Positions 49,101-61,100 of a stretch of DNA of 64,000 nucleotides are shown piece after piece (within the stretch, counting starts at the first letter, position 1; each line of letters opens with the position of its first letter). The notes under the pieces were generated by a model. The model was not told the origin of the DNA, ran no database searches, and saw only the letters and a list, made by a program, of their open reading frames with translations. A program made the translations under genes and the position numbers. The DNA lies in contig CATNEN010000026.1 of NCBI GenBank assembly GCA_950097015.1, forward strand, positions 1,612,001-1,676,000, in the 5' to 3' direction. Origin of the DNA: Macrostomum hystrix (taxonomy: Eukaryota > Animalia > Platyhelminthes).

Positions 49101-52100
49101 GATGCTGAAGGGTTGCAACTAGCTCGTATCCTCAAAGGATCCTCTATTCTCTACGGGTTCCCAAGGTTTGCCTCTATCACTCATCGGTGTCGAGGCTTGC
49201 CCCTGTGTCATTAAGAATTGTCACAACGTTCGTGTCATCCTCAATGGGATTGTTGAAGGCTGACACCGTCTCTGGTATTTTCATACGTCACTCCAATACA
49301 AACCTATGAGTCACTCCGATGAAAACCGATGAAGCACTCCGATATAAATCGATGAGTCACTCAAATAAAAACCGATGAAGCACTCCAACATAAATCGATG
49401 ACTCACTCCAATATAAACCAATGAGTCGCTCCAATAAAAACCGATGAGTCACTCCAATATGAATCAATGAGTCACTCAAATAAAATCCGATGAAGCACTC
49501 CAACATAAATCGATGAGTCACTCCAATATAAACCGATGAGTCACTCCAATATGAACCGATGAGTCACTCCGATGAAAACCGATGAGTCAATCCAATATAT
49601 ATCGATGAGTCACTCCAATATGAGCCGATGAGTCACTCCAATATGAGCCGATGAGTCACTCCAATATGAGCCGATGTGTCACTCCAATATATATCGATTA
49701 GTCACTCCAATATGAACCGATGAGTCACTCCAATATGAATCGATGAGTCACTCCAATATGAACCGATGAGTCACTCCGATGAAAACCGATGAGTCACTCC
49801 GATGAAAACCGATGAGTCACTCCGATGAAAACCGATGAGTCAATCCAATATAAATCGATGAGTCACTCCAATATAAACCGATGAGTCACTCCAATATAAA
49901 TCGATGAGTCACTCCAAAATAAACCGATGAGTCACTCCTATGAAAGCAGAGTGTCACATCCGTATCATCCTCACTGAGATTGTTGAAGGCTGTCACCGTC
50001 TCTGGTATTTTCATACGTCCTTTGCAGAATGCGGCGGTACCATTGTGCTGCCGCAGGTCAGAAGCTGGGCGACCCTGCGCTACCCGGACGGTCCGGTCAG
50101 CAACTCGGCCGGCTACAGGCCCGGCGTTGTCTGCGAATGGCAGGCGCTGTCGCTGGACTCCACCGCCGAGATCTACTTGACGGTGGCCGTTTTCCGGCTG
50201 GCGCCTCCCGAGAGTGGCAGCTGCTTGGCCGACTCGCTGACTGTGGCCAGCCAGGGCGACAATGTCACGAATACGTGAGAAAAAAATGTGCTCTAAAGCT
50301 GCTACTGGCAAATGTAATGAGTAGGGGGTGAGTGGCAGAGCAGTCTCGCCGGAATGGGCTAAATTGCCTCCTTGCTGGATGCCGAGTCTACTCACATCAA
50401 TTGATGCGTCGGTGCCTCAGTCCAGTGAGCACTGAGAAGTCCGGAGTTCGAGTATCAGTTAAATGGAAGCAATATGTGTCCTAGACAAAGACACTTAATT
50501 CCCCAGTGCATCGGTTCACCCAGCTGTACAATGGTTACCAGCATCTGCTGAGAAATTAGTGTGTGTGTGTGATTGCCTCCCAGTCCACAGACTTGACAGT
50601 TGTAAAGACAGTTGATCTTCCTCAAAATGCACAGCTACTGCGGCGATCACGGCCCGCCGTCCCGAGTGCACCGAGCCAGCCGGCTGTCGATTCGCTTCCG
50701 AGCGGCCATGTCGGGACCGCTGGCCGGCCGAGAAGGCTTCGAGATGAGATTCCTGGCCGTTCGGGCGGGCCTGACGGACCTGCTGGCTGGGCCAGTCGAC
50801 CGGCTGATCGACCTGCGAACTCTGCGCTCCAGCGGCCGCGTCATTCGAATCTACGCCGAGCGACGCACTCAGTTCATTGTGTTGAATGTGACGGCGGTGG
50901 CGTCGGCAAACGCCCGCAGCTCCTGCATTCTTGTGCTCTACGGGTGAGTCAGCGAATGAGTCAGCGAATTCGGCAGAATTGCCTCCTCTTGTGTGACCAA
51001 ATGATGCGCCATTACCTGCGACCCTCCAGGAATTATTCTTATCATTAATTGTAACGTTAGCGTTACCTTTTCGATACATATCGGCAAATAAAATTAACAG
51101 CCAATATAAATCACCACAGCGGAAACCAGGTGGAATGCATCCGACCAATAAACAAGGTGTACTCAACCAGCACCTCATCCATGCTGCTAGTATTCAAAGA
51201 TCGTCAACAGTTATCCTACCTGAGACAGTTCAACATTCGCTACAGAGCGGATGAATCTCAGGCTTGCAATAGCCGGCTAGACATGTGGACAATGGGCTTG
51301 TCTAAAACCTTCCTCATGCCCGCCCTGATTGGCCAGCCAGTGCCAGTTGAGGTGCAGCTATGCCGGACACTGCTGCTCATACCATCAGGCAATCGGCTAA
51401 ACATCAGCAGCCGGGTTCAGTGCCCGGCACTGGAAACTGGAGGACGAACTGTGCCTGTTGTGCGAGTAAGAAGTCAAACTTGATAGATGTGTAGCTTGGT
51501 AGATGTGTAGCTTGGTAGATGTGTAGCTTGGTAGATGTGTAGCTTGGTAGATGTGTAGCTTGGTAGATGTGTAGCTTGGTAGATGTGTAGCTTGGTAGAT
51601 GTGTAGCTTGGTAGATGTGTAGCTTGGTAGATGTGTAGCTTGGTAGATGTGTAGCTTGGTAGATGTGTAGCTTGGTAGATGTGTAGCTTGGTAGATGTGT
51701 AGCTTGGTAGATGTTTTTATTGTTTTAAGCGCACAGTGTTTACTGAGCTACTCCCCGAACATGTCAATCAAGGTGTCAGAGCGCATTGGCCGAGACCAGG
51801 TGCCTGTGGCCTGGCTGCCCTGCTCAAGGCCCGGCCAGACACTCAGCAGCCTGTACAGCGGGGAGTCATTCTACATTGACTACGTGAAGCCTGCTGCAAT
51901 TCAGGCTCCATTGGTTTACCTGCTGGTCACAGCGAGCATCGGTGAGTTTGCTAGAGTTCCGTGTCGTCATTCTTTAAGTGTCACCCGCTGTACTAGAGAT
52001 CTCCGCAGCCCCTATCGCGGTGGTTTCCATGGATCGAGTCACGTTGGTTTCTGTAGTTCCAATCGTGGTGGTTTGCATAGATCCAATCATGGTGATTTTG

Positions 52101-55100
52101 CATAGATCCAATCTCGGTGGTTTCCATAGATCCAGTCACGTTGGTTTCCGTAGTTCCAATCGTCGTGGTGGTTTTCCATAGATCCAATCACGGTGGTTTC
52201 CTTAGTTCTAATCGTGGTGGTTTTCCATTGATCCAATCACGTTGGTTTCCGTAGTTCCAATCGTGGTGGTTTCCATAGATACAATCACGTTGGTTTCCAT
52301 AGATCCAATCTCGATGGTTTCCCTAGATCCAGTCATAGTGGTTTCCATAGATTGAGTCACGGTAGATTGCTTTCGTATTTCTACTCGTAATCACGGTGGT
52401 TTCCGTAGTTCCAATCGCGGTGGTTTCCGTAGATCCAATCATGGTGATTTCCATAGATCCAATCTCGGTGGTTTCCATAGATCCAGTCACGTTGGATTCC
52501 ATAGATCCAATCGCAGTGGTTTCCCTAGATCCAGTCATAGTGGTTTCCATAGATTGAGTCACGATAGATTGCTTTCGTATTTCTAATCACGGTGGTTTCC
52601 GTAGTTCCAATCACGGTGGTTTCCGTAGTTCCAATCGTGGTGGTTTTCCATAGATCCAATCACGGTGGTTTCCTTAGTTCCAATCGTGGTGGTTTCCATA
52701 GATCCAGTCACAGTGGTTTCCTCGCTTTGTTGGTTTCTCAGCTTTGATTAGAATATCGCCATGCATGGCGTCTCACCGCAACCGCCCGCAGACTGCAACG
52801 TGACCCTATCAGACACCAGCGGCCTGCTTCAGTCACCGGCTAGCGGCCCGTGTCGCTGGGTATTGAAGCCCCGGCTCGCCTTTGCAATGCAAATTGACAT
52901 TGTGCCAACCAATTTGACTAATTCACTGCAACAGCCCGAACAGAATTGCACCGGGAGCGCTAAGGTTGAGTTTGTGCTCTTTCAAGATGCTTCTTTATTA
53001 AAATCAGCTTCCCAATCGCTAATCCGATTCCCATTGCTAGTGATTCCCAATTTATACGAGTTTATCCCACCTTCCGGTCCACCAGATCACGGACTCGCTG
53101 GGCCAGGTGCTTTACGAAGAAGCCGACTGCCAGCCGTTGACCAACATCTCCGAGGGCGTCAGCACTCTGGCCGATTCGGTTATCGTTGAATGGAACTACT
53201 CGCTGCGGCGATACTCCTCCGGGTGGGCCTACAGATTCAGGCTCTCTTATGACGGGCATCGTGAGCTACTGCTTCTTCTGTTGGGACTTTTATTCTGCCT
53301 ATTTTGAATATTTTACTATCGTATCTCAACTTCTCTCGGCTTGCTTCCCTTACTCAGCTCCTTCTCTTCTGCTCTCCTCACCTCTGCTCTGCTCTCCTCT
53401 CCTCTCCTCTCCTCTCCTCCTCTCTCCTCTCCTCTCCTCTCCTCTCCTCTCCTCTCCTCTCCGCGCTTCTCCAATCCTCTCCTCTCCTCTCCTCTCCGCG
53501 CTTCTCCAATCCTCTCCTCTCCTCTCCTCTCCTCTCCAATCCTCTCCTCTCCAATCCTCTCCTCTCCAATCCTCTCCTCTCCTCTCCTCTCCTCTCCAAT
53601 CCTCTCCTCTCCAATCCTCTCCTCTCCTCTCCTCTCCTCTCCAATCCTCTCCTCTCCAATCCTCTCCTCTCCAATCCTCTCCTCTCCTCTCCTCTCCTCT
53701 CCAATCCTCTCCTCTCCAATCCTCTCCTCTCCTCTCCTGTCCTATTGTTTTCTGATGGATCGGCTTCTTTACAGCCTGCAGTCGGTCACTGCGACAGTCA
53801 AGCGGGACAATCAGGTACCCGGATGACAGTGACGAGTCACCAATATCCTGCGAATGGCAAATTGAAGTCGAGCCGGGCTATCAGATCCAATGGAGCGCAG
53901 AGCTGAGTCTGGGCAATGTGCAGCCCAGGCAGGCCTACCTGGCTGTGTGGGAGGGCACCAGGCCACCCGCTAGCGACTCGGCCGTGTCCGAATACGAATG
54001 GAAATTCACCGGCACGGCTAGCAAGTCGGGTAGAACCGTCGGCAGCTCCTTGTACGTGATGTTCTACGCCAATGCGAGACAGCTGGCTGGAATACCAGTG
54101 TCCTTCCGCCTCAGCTATTGGAGCCAGCACTCAAGCGGTAGCGGCATTATGTTTTTTTTTACCCTCCCAAGAGATAGTTAATAATTCACAGGGCACTCAA
54201 CTATTATGGGACAACAACTAGTGACATACGACCTTCCCGTGAAACCAATAATTACATTTGACCTTCCAATGAAACCATTAGCATCATTTGACCTTCTGAT
54301 GAAAACACTAGTGACATTTGACCTTCCCATGAAACCACTAGTGACATTTGACCTTCCCATGAAACCACTAGCATCATTTGACCTTCCCATGAAACCACGG
54401 AACCACTAGCGACATTTGACCTTCCCATGAAACCACTAGTGGCATTTGACCTTCCCATGAAACCACGGAACCACTAGCGACATTTCACTAGTCGCTTAGT
54501 GACACAGGTAGTGACATAACCACTACCTTCCCATGAAACCACTAGTGGCATTTGACCTTCCCATGAAACCACGGAACCACTAGCGACATTTGACCTTCCC
54601 ATGAAGCCACTAGTGACATTTGACCTTCCCATGAAACCACTAGCATCACTTGACCTTCCCATGAAACCACTAGCATCACTTGACCTTCCCATGAAACCAT
54701 TAGCATCATTTGACCTTCCCATGGAACAAGTAAACACATTTTTACCTCGAATATTGCAGTTTGCGGCGGCCATTTTCAAAGCTCAACTGGGCGCTTTGCC
54801 TCTCACCGCGACTTCGGCCACTCGCGCTATCCAAAGAACGCGGACTGCGCTTGGCTCGTTGCCAGCGACCCGCATCACTACCTGAACCTGACTTTTGTCA
54901 ACTTTAGCACACCTGTTGAAGGCAGCGACTACATGACTGTGAGAGCCACATGAGCTAAATAAAAATATGAGTGAACTGTGAATATATTATCGAAAAGAAG
55001 AGAATTGCTATATTCGATATTTGTTTGAGGTATTTAAATCTACTAGACTCGAGAAGTCAAGAGACTAAATTTCAGAGAAGAGATCTACAAGATTCGAATA

Positions 55101-58100
55101 GTCGAGAGACTAGATGCGAGGAAAGAGATCTACTAGATTCGAATAGTCGAGAGACTAGATGCGAGGAAAGAGATCTACAAGATTCGAATAGTCGAGAGAC
55201 TAGACGTGAGGGAAGAGATCTACTAGATTCGAATAGTCGAGAGACTAGACGTGAGGGAAGAGATCTACTAGATTCGAATGGTCGAGTGACTAGAAATGAG
55301 GAAAGAGATCTACTAGATTCGAATAGTCGAGAGACTAGACGTGAGGGAAGAGATCTACTAGATTCGAATAGTCGAGAGACTAGACGTGAGGGAAGAGATC
55401 TACTAGATTCGAATAGTCGAGAGACTAGACGTGAGGGAAGAGATCTACTAGATTCGATTGGTCGAGGGAGATATCGCAGCAAAGATATACTAGATCAGAG
55501 AGTTCTGTGACGCCAGAATTCTCTAATCGAATGGAAAAAGCTGAAACTATTCTGTCCTCTAATCTCACACTTTCAGACCTACACCACGTGGTCAAGAGAC
55601 GCCAGCTTCAATGTGGCATTTCCTTTGAACAGGAACGTCACCAGTGCGGGCCCGGCTGATCGAACGGGTCGTATCAAGGGCAATCCGCAGCTACCGCTGC
55701 AGTACATCAACGAGAGGCAGTCGGCACTGAGGAGCGAGTTTGTCACAGACGACGATCAGAACGGAGAGGATCCAACTTCGGCGGGATTTTTGGCACTTTT
55801 CCAACAGCGTGAGTTCAATAGGAAGCGAAGCACATTGTGCATCCTACTTTAGTGCACATTCAAAAGTCAAAGGCTGTGTAGTTTTATGCAGTTTGAGGGG
55901 CTCTCTCTTATAATTTCATTCTCGCGTGCGTCAGACTGCGGCGGAGAGCTCACAGCTGGAGATCACCTGCAAGCCATCGAGTCGCCCAGAGATCAACAGC
56001 GCCAGTGCAGTTGGACCATTGTGGCCAATCAGTCCCAGCCAGGGGGTAAGTCAAACAGCTTGTTTGTACCATAGATATTAAAAACACATGCTGGTGTCTC
56101 GTATCTGGTAGGTTCTAGTACTCGTATACTTCAGTATTATCATGTTCTGTGTCTGCTTTTGTCTTGGACGGAAACTTGAAAAGTGTTTTATGAATAAATT
56201 AGTAGAATTATAACGAAAAAATGTTTACACTTTACACGAAGCAAGCTCGCGGCATTTCAGCAGCTGAAGGCAGAAAAATTGACGGCTTGGAGATTTAAAA
56301 TACAAAATAGTTTCGGTGATTGACAAAAAGTCGGACACAAAAAACTGAAAATTAGCTTTGTGCTTTCAAGAAATCACAGTTAAAAAATACTAGCTTTCAG
56401 TGGCCTCTACGTAAGTAGTCATGCACACATCCTGCTTGACTTGCAGATTCAGTTCTACTGTACTTCTCCGAAGTGCACTGCCGATTCATCGACCTGACAG
56501 TTAATTACACACTCGGCAGTGGCAACTATCATAGGCGGATCTGCAGTCGGGACTACAGCGGCGATACGGAGAGCGAAGACTTGGCGTTCACAGTTAACCA
56601 GGCCCGGATCCTGTACACGGCCTATCGGCACTCATTCATCTTCACGTCGTCCAGCGGCTTTGTGCTGCACTACGGCATGGCCAGATCAAGTAACATCATA
56701 GCTTTGCTATATGCCGCAATTTTTGTCTATACGGACTCACAGAAAGCCATTTGATGATAACAGCAAGGAACTGACACTAGCGTAATTTAATCTCCATCCA
56801 GGCTGCGATTTTGACTTTAGTAGCACATTCAGCGGCTACATCCAGTCCTATCCGAGCATCGAGAGCATCAGTCCGGGCGAGCCGTTCTTCTGCGAATGGC
56901 GCCTTCAGGCTGGCGACGGCTGGATCATCCGGCTGGACATTGTGTACGCCCTATTTAAATGTAGTTTTAAATCTTAAAATCTTAACTGTCGGGTGAACAA
57001 CGGAGTAACCAAACTCAAATCCGCGGCGAGACCACATTCATTTGCGACGTTACAGCTAGTGGTAGTGTCATTGCCTGACGATGAGAAAGCTGTCCATATA
57101 TGCTTAAGAGTGTGATTATAAGCCTGAGTACGTATCAGTGTTATTGTGTGTGTGCTCAGGGGCCAATGGAATGAAAATACAAAATTTCCTGCTACATCGT
57201 TTTTTATTATTACTCCAACGACACTACTGATGGAAAAAATCTATCCATTGAGAATTTTAGATGTTTCCAAATTACAGCTCTCTGAGAATCGACGCCGGAA
57301 GCGACTGTTACGACAACTTCCTGGATCTCAGGCGACGCAACGACTCAGGCCTTGAGGTCACCAGCTTGCTCTGCAGTCCTACTTTTACCAGCCAATCAGA
57401 TCGAGTTTTCTTTGCCGAACAGATTCGTTTGAAGCAGCGTCGAGGTCCGATGACAACGCCCCGAAATTTCGAGTTCAAACTGAAATTCACCAGGGAGCCA
57501 TTCGTGTTTCCGAATGCTAACAGCGGAGTATTGACTTCGCCGCTGCATCCAAGGAGCTACATGTCTGACCAAGAGTTTGTCTGGCGGCTGAGGGTTCGAA
57601 GCTGGCAAGTTGTGCGATTCACCGTCGAAGATTTTCAGATTGAAACAAGTTGCTACGACTATATTGAGGTGGGCTAAGAAACTTAATGCTAATAAATCTT
57701 TTGATACAACCCTAAATTACTGCAGTGCCTCTACATAAACCTCGAACAAATGACTATATTTTAGTTGACTGAGGCCAACAGAGTTCAGCGGTACTGTTCC
57801 AGAGGATATGCTGGAACCTCCATTCCAGAGGGTGGAGTGTTCTACTCGTCTAGTTCAGATGTACTTTTCAAGTTTCACGCTGACATCTCCATCGACCACT
57901 TTGCCGGCTTTAGGATTCGGTGGGCAGCTGTGTCTAGAAGTCAGCGAGGTAAAAATTAACGTTTGTAATAGGCTCTGTGAGCCTTCTATCAGTGTCATTA
58001 AATTTATATTATTACTCCTGACAGAATGCAACCAGGTGCTTCAAGCGTCACGGTGGCCGCAGACCTTCTCCTATCCGTCGCCACCCGCCACCAATTACGA

Positions 58101-61100
58101 AAATAACATCAACAACTGCGAGTTCAGGATTCGTCTAAACACCAGATTGCATGTGCGCGGCAACTCGGTGTATGTGAACTTCACTAAACTCGACCTGGAA
58201 GATTATTACGATGTTCTGAGCATCACAATTGGTACGTCGAATTTCAACATATGTTGCTCCTGACATGATTTGAAGCGCTCAAGCCAGTTTAATAGATCGA
58301 TGCTTCAGTAAGACAAGAAATTCTCCGGCATTTAAAACTCTAAATCTAATTTTAGAGTCGTCCGGCATTCGATCCCAAACGGTAACTAACCAACTGGGTT
58401 ACTTTGAGACGAGGCCCACTGCCAACGATATGGACTCTACTATAATTCTGAGCTTCCGAAGTGACTATTCGATCACGAAGACTGGCTTCAGCTTCTCGTA
58501 TGGCGTTGGTAAGGCATGATTCGAATGGATGGGGTCGTCTAGATCGACCAGCTACTGATTTCAGTTCGTTTGGTTCGCTCATTGACCGTGGGTTCCATTC
58601 AAGAGCCTCTAGTTGACATCCAATTTGCCACCTCGCTGGCTAGCCGGGGGTTAGCTTTCGCCAAATTATTGACCATTATCATCTCGTGCCCTTTGACTTT
58701 GAGTTTTCATTTGTATTCTGTTGCTAAAATGTGAAGCTGGAAATTTTCTCCGAAATTAACTTTGGACAGGCTGTCACGGCTTCTTTGACAACACAGTCAA
58801 CATCGCGCGTCAGCCACTGATCCTGCGGGCGCCAGTTTTCGTCAATACAAACTACAAGCCGTCAGAGGAGTGCAGCTGGACCATTGAAAACTTTGCCGAC
58901 GACGCTTTGTCTCTGAAATTTAACTCGTTCAATCTGGCCGCCTCGGCCGGGACCAGCTGCGAATCGGCCGATCGAGTGAATCTCACGGACGCAATCACAG
59001 GGTCACGAACTCTGTACTGTGCGACAAACCAGCCAGCAATCAGGCAGCCTGTCAATGTGACAGCCAGACAGCTGATAGTACAGTTCAACTCGCTGAGTTC
59101 CTCAACCGGAGGTCGCGGCTTCAACTTGGAAGTTCGCCGAATCCTTGCTGGGTGCGAACAGCGGATCGCTCTGTCTCCGGGTCGGTCGGCGGTGTCAATC
59201 ACTGACGGACTGTTCAGGCAGCACAGGCTGTGCTCGCTGACCATTTTTGGGCCGGAAACGACCAGCGACATCGTCGTTCGGCCGGTCTCCATTGCGTTTC
59301 CCTCGTAAGATTTATATGATTTTCATAGTCATCATTTCAAATGTCTACACTCGAGTTTTGAAAAAGTATTCTTAGCATTTTCTAATCGAATTTCAGCTCG
59401 TCCGTTTGCAATTTGAACGATGCCTTCTCTGGAAGCTACCTGAAGGTTTCCGACGACTCAACTTTCGGCCGCTCTCCGCAAATCATGTGTCGGAACAACA
59501 TTCACGATGTCATTAGTAGGGGCAGTCCGATCACCTTGACAACCTATACAGATGAGCCAATCTCTAGCTTCAACATAACGCTTTCTCTTGGTAAGTGAGT
59601 TTGATATGAATTTTCATGATGTTTATTAGTTTTTTTAAAACCCAGTAATTTTGACCTCGTTTTAGCCACATGCGGTGGTCCGATTCCTAGAAACCGAATG
59701 ACCAGTCCCAACTTTCCGGAAAACTACGGCGACAATTTGAACTGTGTCTGGCGCAGCCAGTTCGCATCGCCGAGGACGTTCAAGCTGCAGCTGAGCTACA
59801 GGGTTCCATGCAACACGGACTACATCAAGCTGACGGACTGTTCCCTAATTCCGCTCAACTTTAGCAAGGACACTTTCTGCACATCATCGGATTCTGGGCA
59901 CGATCTGGTGAGCGAGACGGTCAACATCGAATCTGTTCAGTGTCTACAGATCGAGTTCAAGTCGGGCTACAATCAACAAGGTGCTGTCAGGAAGTTTGAA
60001 GCTCTGGTCCAGATGAGCAGTTCAGGTGAGGATGTTTCATTTTCTAATCGACGATGGGCGATCAGAACGTGCAATGCTGCTTAGATGTAGCTTATTTAAA
60101 GTCAGAAAAACTGAAAGAGAGCGCACTGATTTCAGGCTGCTACCACGTCGCGAACCAGTCTCCAAATCAGCTCAGTTTTGAGCTGAGCACAGGCGCTAGC
60201 CTCACCTCAACCAGCTGCCTGTTCGTAATGAACGCCCTGGAGGGTTACGCAGTGCGGACAGTCATTGACGAAGCTACCCAGTGCGACCAGAGCTGCCAGT
60301 CACGCTGCCGTCTGGTGGCTCTCCAACTGCCGGACCGGGCCAGACGTTGGCGCTACCTTCCCCGAGAGTTCAGAAACCTGGCCACGCGCCAACGGTTCCC
60401 CATGCGGGCAGGAACTGAGATTCTGGGCTGGACCACGAAACTCTTAATTATGGCAAGGTGTAGCGGCCAGGTAGCCGGGTATCGCCTGAAGCTGCGCGTC
60501 GACTTTCCATTTCAGCAGTCAGGTGCGATCTTTGAATTTCACCGCTTGTATTATTATATTTGGTAGATTTAACTCATCAGATTAATTACTCTAATTTTTT
60601 TAATGCTTCCTGCATTTACGTACATGTACTAAGTAAATAAACAAACAAGACCTGAAAACGCAAAACAATAATCGGTCGATCAGGTTGCATTGATCAGCGC
60701 GCGGTGCCCAGCAACTCGTTTGAGCCGCTGCGCATCTCCAGCTCCCGGGCACAGTCTATAAACGGCTCACTGCAGCGAATGTGCGCCTGGAGACTAACAG
60801 GCAGCGGCAGCCAGAAGACGACGGTGCTGAAGGTTAACATGGCCGCAGTCGGAGGCGGAAGATCTCTGCGATGCCGAGCGTACGTGGTGGTGGTGGCGGT
60901 TCACACTAGCCAAACAGGTGAGTTATGCTTTTTTCATTTTTTATGATATTTTTGCAGCATCAGCTGCACAATGCTCCCTTCACCCACAGACTCAAGCCGA
61001 TATCCTGTGACTCTGCTGTCCAAGAGGTGTCCAGTTGAGGAAATCAACGAAGTTCTTCTAACCAACGCTGGAGAAGTATTCGTCTACTACATGGGACTGA

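Noticed and set aside
1-55460. Regular repeats that might be read as CRISPR arrays
   Set aside because: Units are directly adjacent with no unique spacers, no cas genes are present, and the context is eukaryotic.
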